Shown here: positions 1 through 9,492 of the stretch, piece by piece
Layout of the letters: each line of letters opens with the position of its first letter
Position numbering within the stretch: the first letter of the stretch is position 1
From: an uncultured Bacilli bacterium
GTDB lineage: Bacteria; Bacillota_I; Bacilli_A; RF39; UBA660
Assembly: GCA_944358825.1 (NCBI GenBank)
Contig: CALVSA010000002.1
Location: 17,707-81,706, forward strand
DNA: 64,000 nucleotides
Direction of reading: 5' to 3'
Made by a program: the position numbers and the translations under genes
The notes under the pieces: model-generated
Told to the model about the DNA's origin: nothing
Database searches by the model: none
Seen by the model: the letters and a program-made list of their open reading frames with translations, nothing else

Positions 1-1608
1 ATCGGCTATTTTTATTTTCTCAAATTTATCATTAGTATATTTATAAACATCTTCTTCACTAATTAGACTATAACTTAAGGTTTCATTTAATCCTAGTGAT
101 ATCATTTTATTTCTAATATCTCTTTTTACTTTATTAAATTTTCCTAATTTAGTATCAAAAGTTGGTAACTTTCCTTTTATGTTATTCATTCCATAAAAAC
201 GCCCTATTTCTTCGATTAAGTCTTCTTTGATATTAATATCTAATCTTCTTGTTGGAACACTTACTGTTAATATATTATTGTTACTTTCTACTTTAAAGCC
301 TAAATTAGTCAATATTTCAATACAAGTATCTTCTGGTATTTTTATACCTAATACTTTTTCTACTTTATCTATTTGTAAAGTTATTATTTTATCTTCTTTA
401 GTTGTTTTATCATAAACACAACTTCCACCAACTATTGTAGCATCGGCATATTTTTCTAATAAATGGGCACTTCTTTCAAGAGCCATATATGTTCTTTTGG
501 GATCTATTCCTTTTTCAAATCGATTAGAGGCTTCACTTCTTAATATCTTTTTAGATGTTTTTCTTATTTTAACACTGTTAAATATTGCTGATTCAATTAT
601 AATGTTTTTAGTTGTTGGCTCTACTTCTGTAGAATAACCTCCCATAACGCCCGCTAATCCAATTGCTTCTTTATCTGTTGCAATTACTATATCTTCTTTA
701 GTTAAGGTTCTTTCAATTTTATCTAGTGTAACTACTTTTTCCCCATCAATAGCATTTCTTACAATTATTTTATTACCAAGGTTATTAGCATCATAAAAAT
801 GAAGTGGTTGTCCTGTTTCTAGCATAACATAATTTGATATATCAACAACATTATTAATTGGTCTAATTCCTGATGCGATAAGACGATTTTTTATAAAATC
901 AGGACTAGGTTTTATGTTTAAATTAACTATCTTTTTGGCTAAAAATAATGGACAATCTTCTGTTTTTACTTCTATGTTAAAGCTATTATTTATATCCTCA
1001 TCATTTTCTTTATAAGTTAAATCTATATTCTTTATTTGTTTTTTATAAATTGTTCCTAGCTCATAGGCCATACCTAAAATACTAAGTAAATCAGCACGAT
1101 TTGATGTAAGTTCAAAATCAATTACTTCATCATCTAATCCTAAAGCTTTAATTGCATCTATTCCTATTTCTACATCATCACTAAATTCATAAATACCATT
1201 TTTATCTTTTTCATCCAAAAATTTATTATCAAGTCCTAATTCTTGCAAAGAACATAACATTCCATTTGATTCTACCCCACGAATTGTTGTTTTTTTAATT
1301 TCTATGTTTGGTAGTTTAGCTCCATTTTTAGCAACAATTACTTTAATACCTTCTTTAGCATTAGGAGCACCGCATACAATATTTAAGACTTCATCTTTTA
1401 TATCAACTAAACAGATGTGAAGATGATTAGAATCAGGATGATTAGTGCATTTAATTATTTTTCCAACCACTAAATTAGTAGCGTTTATAAGTGGGGTTGC
1501 ACTATCATATTCGTTTCCTACATTTGTCATTGCATCAGCGATTTGTTTTATAGATAAGTTTGCATCTAAATCTATATAGTCGTTTACAAATTTTCTACTT
1601 AATTTCAT
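1..1608 (-). CDS. pheT: Phenylalanine--tRNA ligase beta subunit, N-terminal part (continues beyond the window start)
   Basis: The minus-strand frame is open from 1608 to the window edge. The translation starts MKLSRKFVNDYIDLDANLSIKQIADAM and has the tRNA-binding and B3/B4 domain pattern of PheT. Its ATG overlaps the pheS stop as TAATG. It was not in the ORF track because it is truncated at the edge. Confidence 0.85.
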   Translation of the reverse strand, partial: MKLSRKFVNDYIDLDANLSIKQIADAMTNVGNEYDSATPLINATNLVVGKIIKCTNHPDSNHLHICLVDIKDEVLNIVCGAPNAKEGIKVIVAKNGAKLPNIEIKKTTIRGVESNGMLCSLQELGLDNKFLDEKDKNGIYEFSDDVEIGIDAIKALGLDDEVIDFELTSNRADLLSILGMAYELGTIYKKQIKNIDLTYKENDEDINNSFNIEVKTEDCPLFLAKKIVNLNIKPSPDFIKNRLIASGIRPINNVVDISNYVMLETGQPLHFYDANNLGNKIIVRNAIDGEKVVTLDKIERTLTKEDIVIATDKEAIGLAGVMGGYSTEVEPTTKNIIIESAIFNSVKIRKTSKKILRSEASNRFEKGIDPKRTYMALERSAHLLEKYADATIVGGSCVYDKTTKEDKIITLQIDKVEKVLGIKIPEDTCIEILTNLGFKVESNNNILTVSVPTRRLDINIKEDLIEEIGRFYGMNNIKGKLPTFDTKLGKFNKVKRDIRNKMISLGLNETLSYSLISEEDVYKYTNDKFEKIKIAD

Positions 1609-2654
1609 TATTCTTCATCCCTTCTATCAAATTGAGTCAGAAATCTAATATCATTTCCATATATCGTTCTAATATCTGTAATGGAATATTTAAACATTGC
1701 AAAGCGATCTATTCCAGTTCCAAAAGCAAAGCCTTGATATTTATTTGGATCATAACCAGACATTTCTAATACATGAGGATGAACCATGCCCGCTCCTAAG
1801 ACTTCGATCCAACCTGTATGTTTACATAAGTTGCATCCTTTTCCGCCACATTTAAAGCATGAAATATCTACTTCTACTGATGGTTCGGTGAATGGAAAGA
1901 AACTTGGACGAAATCTTACTTCGGTGTTTTCTCCTAAAAATTTTTTTAAAAATAGTTCTAAAGTTCCTTTTAAGTCAGCCATTGATATATCTTTATCTAT
2001 TACTAATCCTTCTATTTGCATAAATTGATGAGAATGAGTTGCATCTTCATCACGGCGATATACTTTACCAGGGCATACTATTTTTAGTGGTCCTTTTTCT
2101 TTATTTTCTTCCATTGCTCTTACTTGTGCGGTTGATGTTTGAGTTCTAAGTAAATAGTTTTCATATTCTCCTTCTAAATAAAATGTATCTTGTGCATCAC
2201 GAGCTGGATGTCCTTTGGCAATATTTAATTTTTGGAAACAATTCTCATCACTTTCTAATTCTGGTCCATCATAAATTGTATATCCCATTGATAAGAATAA
2301 GTCCTCAAATTCTTCTTGAACTCTTGACATTGGATGTTTACTTCCTCTTTTTACTTTAGTAGCGGGTAATGTTATATCTATTTTTTCGCTTTGTAGTTTT
2401 TTATTTATTAATTCTTCATTTAATTTTGTATATATTTGATTATAATTTTCATTAAATAATTTTTTTAATTCATTTAATTTAATTCCAAATTCTTTTTTCT
2501 TATCATTATCTAGTGTTTTAACTTGTGATGTAAGTTCTGTTATTTTTCCTTTTTTACCTAAATATTCTACTTTTAAATTATTTAATTTTTCCATGCTATT
2601 TATTTTATCTAAATCAGCTAATAATTGTAATTTTACTTCTTCTATTTTAAACAT
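1608..2654 (-). CDS. pheS: Phenylalanine--tRNA ligase alpha subunit
   Basis: 348 aa with class II aaRS motifs (FRPSFFPFTEPS, GAGMVHP..). A GGAGG RBS lies upstream. It is immediately followed by pheT. Confidence 0.9.
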   Translation of the reverse strand: MFKIEEVKLQLLADLDKINSMEKLNNLKVEYLGKKGKITELTSQVKTLDNDKKKEFGIKLNELKKLFNENYNQIYTKLNEELINKKLQSEKIDITLPATKVKRGSKHPMSRVQEEFEDLFLSMGYTIYDGPELESDENCFQKLNIAKGHPARDAQDTFYLEGEYENYLLRTQTSTAQVRAMEENKEKGPLKIVCPGKVYRRDEDATHSHQFMQIEGLVIDKDISMADLKGTLELFLKKFLGENTEVRFRPSFFPFTEPSVEVDISCFKCGGKGCNLCKHTGWIEVLGAGMVHPHVLEMSGYDPNKYQGFAFGTGIDRFAMFKYSITDIRTIYGNDIRFLTQFDRRDEE

Positions 2655-2663
2655 ATTTCCTCC

Positions 2664-2945
2664 TTATTGATTTTCTAATAACATTATTACTTCTTCTTTA
2701 GTTAATCTTTTTTCATAGTCTTTTATACTTTTAATAAATTCATTATGATTAACAGTTATTTCTTCTAACATATTATAAATTACTTTATCAATATTAGTTA
2801 TTCCATATTTGATTAAATATCTAATATTTAAATCAGTATCGATATAGTTACTATGTAATTTATCTAATATATAGTCAGATTTCTTATTTATTTTTTTAAA
2901 TGTATCATTAGATACGTATTTTAATAAATAATCTATATTATACAT
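2664..2945 (-). CDS. Small hypothetical protein (~93 aa) encoded between the T-box leader and pheS
   Basis: The ORF has a GGAGG RBS 5 nt before ATG at 2945. The track start at 2957 is a TTG. There are no recognisable motifs. Confidence 0.4.
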   Translation of the reverse strand: MYNIDYLLKYVSNDTFKKINKKSDYILDKLHSNYIDTDLNIRYLIKYGITNIDKVIYNMLEEITVNHNEFIKSIKDYEKRLTKEEVIMLLENQ

Positions 2946-2961
2946 AAATACCTCCAAAAAG

Positions 2962-3160
2962 AAAAAAGATGGTATAAAAGGACGAGAAAACCCGCGGTAC
3001 CACCTTTTTTTATAACTATGTTATACACTCAATTCTTAACGCGATTAAACGATTAAAACTAAAGGGTGAATTCATATTTAATAACTAGCTCTACTCTCAT
3101 CATCTAGAACTTTCTGTATAGTTATTTTACAAATACTACTACTTCCTTATTATTGTTTTA
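2962..3160 (-). promoter_or_regulatory. T-box riboswitch leader (Phe specifier) controlling the small ORF-pheS-pheT unit
   Basis: The minus-strand transcript carries the conserved T-box core AAAGGUGGUACCGCGGG (plus coordinates 2992..3004). A terminator follows in which GGUGGUA pairs with UACCAUC and is followed by a U-run (2964..2976). Upstream there is a GAAUUCA specifier-like triplet, UUC for Phe. Confidence 0.6.
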
Positions 3161-3703
3161 TTAAATAGTCATTAATTCTTTTTCTTTTTCTTTTAATTTT
3201 TCATCAACTATTTTGTTAAAATCATTAATTAATTCTTGAACTTTTTCATTAGCTCTTTTTTCTTCATCTTCACTTAACTCTAAATTATCAATTGCCTTAT
3301 TTGCATCTTGTCTGATATTACGAAGAGCAATTCTTGCTTCTTCAGCGATTTGTTTTACTTGTTTTACTAGTTCTTTTCTCCTATCTTCTGTTAAAGCTGG
3401 AATAACTATAAATATTGATTCACCATTATTATTTGGTGTTAATCCTAAATCAGCTTCAAAAATTGCCTTTTCTATATCTTTTAAAATACTTTTATCAAAT
3501 GGCTTTATTGATAATTGACGAGCTTCTGGAATAGAAATATTTGCTAGTTGTTTGATTGGAGTGTCAACTCCATAATAACTAACTGTTATGTCATTTAATA
3601 TATTAGGATTTGCTCTACCCGCTCTTACGTTAGTAAATTTATGTTCTAATGAATTAATTGATAATTCCATTTTTTCTTTGGCATTTTCTAATACACTTTC
3701 CAT
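3161..3703 (-). CDS. frr: Ribosome recycling factor
   Basis: 180 aa with the typical RRF length and sequence pattern (VRAGRANPNIL.., DLGLTP). Confidence 0.9.
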   Translation of the reverse strand: MESVLENAKEKMELSINSLEHKFTNVRAGRANPNILNDITVSYYGVDTPIKQLANISIPEARQLSIKPFDKSILKDIEKAIFEADLGLTPNNNGESIFIVIPALTEDRRKELVKQVKQIAEEARIALRNIRQDANKAIDNLELSEDEEKRANEKVQELINDFNKIVDEKLKEKEKELMTI

Positions 3704-3736
3704 GTTTATCTTTCCCTTCTTAAATATTATAACATC

Positions 3737-4699
3737 TTACTTATTCAATGTCAAAACTTTTATTTTTTTATCATAGTTAAATGCCGCTTCCAAATATTTT
3801 TTATTATGAAACTTATATAAAGTATCTTTATAAATACTATAAGCTGTTTTCTTATCTTCTTGAAATAATAAATTAACACTATCAACATAGACAATATCTA
3901 ATATTTGATATATCAATTGTTGAGTAGGATCAGGTTCAACTAATTCATGTTGTGTTTCAAGAAAGTTGTATAAACTTTTTGATAAATAATCTGTTTTAAT
4001 TATGTTATAATTAAATATTAATCCTGCGTCTGTTTTTTCTAATACATCATATAGTAGTTTAGAATATAAATATGTATTTTCTAGGCTTTTATTTTTATTT
4101 AATAGTTCTAAATTATTTTTACCAAATACATTTACGACTATGTATTTATATTTAATTAGTGTTTCTTTAATTTCATTATTAGCTATTAAATTAATATAAG
4201 TATTTAAATTACATATAAATAGTTCTAATAGATCATTAAACAATTGACTTTCTACTAAATATGTATTTAATCGTCGCTCACAAAAAATTTCTTGTTCGTC
4301 ATCTTCAAAATCATAATAATCTGTTTCTATAAATTTAGTTTTTTTATTTTTAATTAAATAATTATCTTTTAATAATGATTTAAAACGAACATTACTACTA
4401 CTTCTAAAGTCTAAACTTAAAAGTGATAAAATCGTAAATTTTTCATTAATATTATCAAGACTATCATAAGCAGTACTTGCATCTATCATATCCATCATTT
4501 CTGTTACTTCCCTAGTAGATAATCTTTTATAGTCTTTTTCTTCTTTTTGAAGTTGTTCTTTAAGAACTTTATAAATTTTTTCATAAGTTAGTTTATCATT
4601 ATTTATTTCTGCTTGTGATAATTCTTCAAATAACATACTTATATCATCACTACATGATAATAGAAATTCCATTTCTGAACCAAATTGTTCTTCATTCAT
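3737..4699 (-). CDS. Hypothetical acidic protein (320 aa)
   Basis: Long ORF with an AAGGTG RBS. No recognisable domain. It is co-oriented and tightly spaced with the two upstream genes. Confidence 0.5.
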   Translation of the reverse strand: MNEEQFGSEMEFLLSCSDDISMLFEELSQAEINNDKLTYEKIYKVLKEQLQKEEKDYKRLSTREVTEMMDMIDASTAYDSLDNINEKFTILSLLSLDFRSSSNVRFKSLLKDNYLIKNKKTKFIETDYYDFEDDEQEIFCERRLNTYLVESQLFNDLLELFICNLNTYINLIANNEIKETLIKYKYIVVNVFGKNNLELLNKNKSLENTYLYSKLLYDVLEKTDAGLIFNYNIIKTDYLSKSLYNFLETQHELVEPDPTQQLIYQILDIVYVDSVNLLFQEDKKTAYSIYKDTLYKFHNKKYLEAAFNYDKKIKVLTLNK

Positions 4700-4741
4700 A
4701 AAATCACCTTGTTTAGTATTATAGCAACTTTTTTATTTTTT

Positions 4742-5587
4742 TCAATATATTTCTGATAATATTTGATCTAAAGATACTATTTTATATCCTTTAGAAACTA
4801 TAAAGTTTATTATTTGACTAAACTCATTTAATGTTTTAGTGTTTGGTTCTAATAATATTAAACTGCCATTTGTAATATTATTTTTAATATTATTATACGC
4901 ATGATTATTGGTAATAATAGTTGGATAAATTGTATGCATTTTTTTATTTTTACAAGTATTTAAGGTATTTTTATTTTTTTTATCAGTTAAACAATATAAA
5001 GATTTATTATTAAAATTATTATTAATCAAGTTATTAGCATACACCAAATTATCGGTTGTATAATTACTATTATCACCATAAGTATATATAAAATAATTAT
5101 CTTTTTTTAAATCATTTAAGTTGTCCGCTAATAATTTGTAGTCTATAAAAATATTTAGATAAACGTCTTTAATACTTAAAATCTGATTTAAATCATTTTT
5201 ATTTTTTATTGTAAAAATTAAGGCTACATTTTTTTTGATATTATTTCCTTTGACAATATATTTATCATAAATATTAGATAATGAATTTTCTACTTTTATT
5301 TGTTTGTATGAAAGAAGCATTTCTTTAAAAATTCCTACTTGTTTCATATCTTTATAGCTTTTTTCAACATCGACTTCATATCCATTTAAGCCTGGAGTTA
5401 TTGTATCTTTAGTAATAATAGCGTTAGTTGGTTCTTTTTTATATTTATCTTTTTCTTCGTTTATTTTTATCATTATTTCATCTTGTTCATTTACTACATC
5501 CATTATAGTTTCTGTATAAAAAAAACTAAAACATATTAAACTTATAAGGCCGATCATTTTAATAATATCTCTCAAAATATCACCCAT
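4742..5587 (-). CDS. Membrane-anchored polysaccharide deacetylase-like protein (PdaB-like, degenerate catalytic motif)
   Basis: It has an N-terminal TM helix. VALIFTIKNKND stands in place of the NodB TFDDG motif. The C-terminal GSLILLEP...KGYKIVSLDQIL resembles the NodB-fold C-terminus of B. subtilis PdaB. Confidence 0.35.
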   Translation of the reverse strand: MGDILRDIIKMIGLISLICFSFFYTETIMDVVNEQDEIMIKINEEKDKYKKEPTNAIITKDTITPGLNGYEVDVEKSYKDMKQVGIFKEMLLSYKQIKVENSLSNIYDKYIVKGNNIKKNVALIFTIKNKNDLNQILSIKDVYLNIFIDYKLLADNLNDLKKDNYFIYTYGDNSNYTTDNLVYANNLINNNFNNKSLYCLTDKKNKNTLNTCKNKKMHTIYPTIITNNHAYNNIKNNITNGSLILLEPNTKTLNEFSQIINFIVSKGYKIVSLDQILSEIY

Positions 5588-5600
5588 ATAAATATATGTT

Positions 5601-6914
5601 TTAATTAGCTTTAAATTCTTTTTTCTTGATTTTTATACTTTTAGTTTCCTCGATCATAGCATTTGAAAATTCTTCATCGATTAACTTATCGACAATACGA
5701 TTTAAAGATCTTGCTCCTTTATGATCTAAAAGAGCTAATTCAGCAATTTTTTCAATGGTTTTTTTGTCAATATTAAAATCTATTCCTAGACTTTTAAAAG
5801 TTTTTTTCATTAGTCCTAAACGTCCTTTAGGAGAGTTTAATATTTCAATTAATATTTCTTTAGTCATAGGATTTAATCTTCGTATTTTATTAATTCTACC
5901 CATTATTTCTGGTTCAAAACCATACTCTACTATTTTATCTGTTATGTTAGTTAGTTCATTATTTTGTTTAGTTCTAAATCCTTTATCATAATTAAATCCA
6001 ATTAAATTTTTATTTTTTTCTTCTTCTAAAGATGAGAAGGCTCCTAGAAAGATTATAGTAAGTCCATGAGTATTAAATTCAAAAACTTTATTACCAATAC
6101 TTACTTCACGATTACTTCCTTCAATCATTGTTAGTAACGATCTTTGTACTCCTTCTTTATTAATACCTGAACTTTTTGACTCTTTGTTTTTAGCTAGTTT
6201 ATCAAATTCATCAATTACTAATATTGAATGTTGTGCTAAATCTATGTTTTCATCAGCATTAATAAGTATTTTATAAAGCATATGATCAACACTGTTACCC
6301 ACATATCCTACTTCTGTATAAGTAGTAGCATCAACTATTGTTATAGGTATATTTAAATTAGCAGATATTTGTCTTATTATTTCTGTTTTACCAACACCAG
6401 TTGGTCCCATAATTAATAAGTTATGTTTTAATTTTGCTACTTCGTTTAATGTAAGAGAAGAATTATATAGTTTTTGGTTCCATTCAATAGATGCAAGAAT
6501 TGATTTTACATGTTCGTCTTGGCCTTTTACAACATCAACTACATTTTTATAAACATTAATTGGTTTTTGTTTTCCATTTATTAAATCAACTAATTCTGGA
6601 TTAGTAATAATTGCTAACTCTACTTTACCATTGCAAATTTTAGCTGTAAAATATTTACCACTGTAATCTTCATCGTATTTAGCTAAAATATCAATACCAT
6701 AATCATCAGTTCCTTTTGGATAAAAATAATATTCATTATTTGTCGTTGCAAATAAGTTAATATTATCTACAAATCTTTGTTCCCAAAATATTTGTCCTTG
6801 GGCTGCTTCTTCATTTCCATAACAACATGAGACAATATATTCGAATGTATCTATTTTTTCTCCTTTAAATTCTACTTCTTTTTTCTTCAAGACAAAACAA
6901 TAATTTTCATGCAT
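5601..6914 (-). CDS. ClpX-like AAA+ ATPase lacking the C4 zinc finger, with a novel ~150 aa N-terminal domain
   Basis: Walker A LLIMGPTGVGKTE, ClpX-like DATTYTEVGYVG, Walker B VIDEFDKL, and GVQRSLLTMIEGS matching ClpX GVQQALLKLIEGT. The N-terminus has no CxxC zinc-binding motif. Confidence 0.6.
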   Translation of the reverse strand: MHENYCFVLKKKEVEFKGEKIDTFEYIVSCCYGNEEAAQGQIFWEQRFVDNINLFATTNNEYYFYPKGTDDYGIDILAKYDEDYSGKYFTAKICNGKVELAIITNPELVDLINGKQKPINVYKNVVDVVKGQDEHVKSILASIEWNQKLYNSSLTLNEVAKLKHNLLIMGPTGVGKTEIIRQISANLNIPITIVDATTYTEVGYVGNSVDHMLYKILINADENIDLAQHSILVIDEFDKLAKNKESKSSGINKEGVQRSLLTMIEGSNREVSIGNKVFEFNTHGLTIIFLGAFSSLEEEKNKNLIGFNYDKGFRTKQNNELTNITDKIVEYGFEPEIMGRINKIRRLNPMTKEILIEILNSPKGRLGLMKKTFKSLGIDFNIDKKTIEKIAELALLDHKGARSLNRIVDKLIDEEFSNAMIEETKSIKIKKKEFKAN

Positions 6915-7000
6915 AATAACACCTCTAACTTGACTTTTATTTTATTATATCAAAAAGATAAAGTCAAGAAAAATAAATATTAATATTTGTATTTTTAATA

Positions 7001-7022
7001 ATAAAAACTGACACTATGTCAG
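7001..7022 (-). terminator. Rho-independent terminator downstream of rpoZ
   Basis: Palindrome CTGACActaTGTCAG (7008..7022), followed on the minus-strand transcript by a U-run. Confidence 0.5.
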
Positions 7023-7031
7023 CTTTATGAT

Positions 7032-7229
7032 TTATTTCTTCACATGAATTAAATTTTCATATACTTCTTCTAATGCTCTGCCGATATTTTTTGCTGAATG
7101 ATATTCTGATTCTTTCATTTGATAGTAACCAGTTCTTTCCATTTGTTTGCTACGACTAGCTACTATATATACTAACTCATATTTAGAATCAACAATATTT
7201 AGGATTTTATCAATTGAAGGATAAATCAT
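7032..7229 (-). CDS. rpoZ: DNA-directed RNA polymerase subunit omega
   Basis: 65 aa. MIYPSIDKILNIVDSKYELVYIVASRSKQM matches the Firmicute RpoZ/YloH N-terminus MLxPSIDxLxxKxDSKYxLV. Confidence 0.7.
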   Translation of the reverse strand: MIYPSIDKILNIVDSKYELVYIVASRSKQMERTGYYQMKESEYHSAKNIGRALEEVYENLIHVKK

Positions 7230-7307
7230 TTATATCACACTCCCTCTTCCCTACTAATACTAGAATATAATATTATCTTTTAAATTGCAATATGTTTTAC
7301 ATAAATT

Positions 7308-8198
7308 TTACAAATTACTCTTTTCGTGTTTAATAATATCAACTGCTGCAATTACTCCTTCATTGGCTGCGGTTACTAATTGATATACATCCTTTTTTAT
7401 TGCATCACCAATAGCATAAACATTAGGCAAAGATGTATGCATTTTAGAATCAACTATTATATAATTATTATCATTTTCTAACTTTAGCATATTGGCAATT
7501 GGTTCGTATCCTATAGCAATAAATACTCCATCTGCTTTTATTTCTCGATTATCTTTTAATTTTACTTTTGTTAGTTTGTCTTCGTTTGTTATATATTCTA
7601 CTACTTCATTATCATAAATTATTTGTGTATTAGGAAATTCTTTTAACTGTTCTACTAATTTATCTTCTGCTCTTAAATTATTACGACGATGTATTACACT
7701 AACTTTATTACAAATATTTGCTAAATAAATAGCGTCTTCAATAGCACTATTTCCACCACCAATTACTACTACGTCTTTGTTTTTATATAAGCTACCATCA
7801 CATAATGCACAATAACTTATTCCTTTTCCTATTAATCTTTCTTCATTTTCTAAATTTAGTTTACGTGGTGCTCTACCAGTTGCTATTATTAAATATTTGG
7901 TTTTTATTTCTTCTTTTTTAGTTTTGATAATAATGGTATCTTCTTTTGTTATATTTATTACTTCATCATATAAATATCTTACATCTAGTTTTTTTACTTG
8001 ATTATAAATATTAAAAGCTAAATCAGGTCCACTTATTTTTTCAAAACCAGGATAATTTTCAATAACATTTGCTTTATGTAATTGTCCTCCCGCTACTTCT
8101 TTTTCCATAATAAGTGGATCTATTCCTGCTCTTTTTAAGTATATTGCACTACTCATACCGGCAATTCCAGACCCTATTATAACTACTTTTTCTTCCAT
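7308..8198 (-). CDS. trxB: Thioredoxin reductase-like FAD/NAD(P) oxidoreductase
   Basis: 296 aa with GSGIAGMSSA and GGGNSA dinucleotide motifs and a CALCDG redox-active disulfide like TrxB CATCDG. Confidence 0.75.
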   Translation of the reverse strand: MEEKVVIIGSGIAGMSSAIYLKRAGIDPLIMEKEVAGGQLHKANVIENYPGFEKISGPDLAFNIYNQVKKLDVRYLYDEVINITKEDTIIIKTKKEEIKTKYLIIATGRAPRKLNLENEERLIGKGISYCALCDGSLYKNKDVVVIGGGNSAIEDAIYLANICNKVSVIHRRNNLRAEDKLVEQLKEFPNTQIIYDNEVVEYITNEDKLTKVKLKDNREIKADGVFIAIGYEPIANMLKLENDNNYIIVDSKMHTSLPNVYAIGDAIKKDVYQLVTAANEGVIAAVDIIKHEKSNL

Positions 8199-8953
8199 GT
8201 TATCCTCCTTTTTACTAATATTAGTATACCAATTAAGATAAATATTATTGATACTATTTGACTAATTCTAAAGCCTAGAAAATACAAACTATCTGTTCTA
8301 AGTCCTTCAATAAAGAAGCGAATTATTCCATAATAAATTAAATATGTAATAGTAAGTGTTCCTATTTTAGTATTTTTTTTGTATCTAAATACCATCATAA
8401 TAATAAAGCCAATTAAACAAAATATTGATTCATATAAAAATGTGGGATGATGATAATTACCATTAATATACATATTTTCAATAATAAAATTTGGTAGGTG
8501 TAAATTAGTCAAAAACTCATAACTAACTATACCACCATATGCTTCATGGTTGAAGAAATTTCCCCATCTACCAATAGCTTGTGCTAGTATTAATGATGGT
8601 GCGAATAAATCTAATAATTGTAAAAAATTTTGTTTATATTTCTTGGAATAAAAATAAATAAAAATAATTGCCGCGATTATTCCACCATAAATGGCTAATC
8701 CCCCTTCATAAATGGCGAAAATTGATAATAGTGAATCAAAATTTTGATAATTAAAAATAACATAATATAATCTAGCTCCAATTATTCCAATAATTACCAT
8801 ATAAAATATTAAATTTTCTAAAAAATTATTATCAATATTTTGTCTTTTAGCTTCTTTTTTTACTAATATATAACCAATTATTATACCAATTATTATTAAT
8901 ACAGAATACCAATATATATTAATATTTCCTATTGATATAAAAACTCTATCCAT
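8183..8953 (-). CDS. lgt: Prolipoprotein diacylglyceryl transferase
   Basis: 256 aa polytopic membrane protein with the Lgt signature GRWGNFFNHEAYG. Confidence 0.85.
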   Translation of the reverse strand: MDRVFISIGNINIYWYSVLIIIGIIIGYILVKKEAKRQNIDNNFLENLIFYMVIIGIIGARLYYVIFNYQNFDSLLSIFAIYEGGLAIYGGIIAAIIFIYFYSKKYKQNFLQLLDLFAPSLILAQAIGRWGNFFNHEAYGGIVSYEFLTNLHLPNFIIENMYINGNYHHPTFLYESIFCLIGFIIMMVFRYKKNTKIGTLTITYLIYYGIIRFFIEGLRTDSLYFLGFRISQIVSIIFILIGILILVKRRITWKKK

Positions 8954-9395
8954 CTTTTCCCCTATTAATAATTGGCTTTATAATCATTCCTTCCATTAAT
9001 ATATTTAAAAACGATATTAAAATAGCTATAAAAAATGGAATGATAAAACCTGATATTTGAAAATTATCTCCTAAAATAAGACTTGTTAGATATAAAATAA
9101 ATAAATTAATTAATGGATAAAATAGTCCCATTGTTAGGGCTGTTATTGGTAATGTTATATAAAATAATATTGGTTTTATTGTTTGATTAAATACATAAAT
9201 AATTATAGCTGCAAGTAGCGCATATAAACCAAAATAATCAAGATTAATATATATTGATTTAAATATACTAGATACAACTATTAAAACAATTGCATAACAA
9301 ATCATATACAATAACCATTCAAATATTTTATTATTAATTAATTTTTTACTAACATTTTTTGGTTCAATGATAATATTTTTTTTCATCGCAATCAC
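8946..9395 (-). CDS. Small polytopic membrane protein (4-TM, holin-like/DUF360-like)
   Basis: 149 aa and hydrophobic. Its end overlaps the lgt start, so the two are likely co-transcribed. Confidence 0.4.
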   Translation of the reverse strand: MIAMKKNIIIEPKNVSKKLINNKIFEWLLYMICYAIVLIVVSSIFKSIYINLDYFGLYALLAAIIIYVFNQTIKPILFYITLPITALTMGLFYPLINLFILYLTSLILGDNFQISGFIIPFFIAILISFLNILMEGMIIKPIINRGKDG

Positions 9396-9439
9396 CTTAA
9401 TTATAATATCACATTTTTTTTATAAAATAAATATATGTA

Positions 9440-9469
9440 TATCAATTTTTACTATATTTGTGTTATAAT
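9440..9469 (+). promoter_or_regulatory. Putative promoter of the FemAB-family gene (extended -10 TGtTATAAT)
   Basis: TGTTATAAT at 9461..9469, about 24 nt upstream of the GGAGG RBS. Confidence 0.4.
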
Positions 9470-9492
9470 ATTATTGTTTGGAGGTACTATTT

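Noticed and set aside
1560-2028. Plus-strand ORFs 1560..1769 and 1786..2028 overlapping pheT and pheS
   Set aside because: They lie antisense inside well-supported aaRS genes. They have low-complexity translations and no RBS, and are typical spurious ORFs in AT-rich DNA. The same applies to the ORFs at 3588..3776, 5755..5991, 10964..11242, 12566..12778, 12886..13077, 14809..14994, 15516..15881, 18347..19057, 20294..20566, 22162..22464, 25302..25621, 30558..30752, 36462..36956, 40355..40552, 42115..43002, 49527..49739, 50585..51139, 52548..52817, 53812..54006, 54338..55987, 56664..56924, 59744..60519 and 61021..61254.
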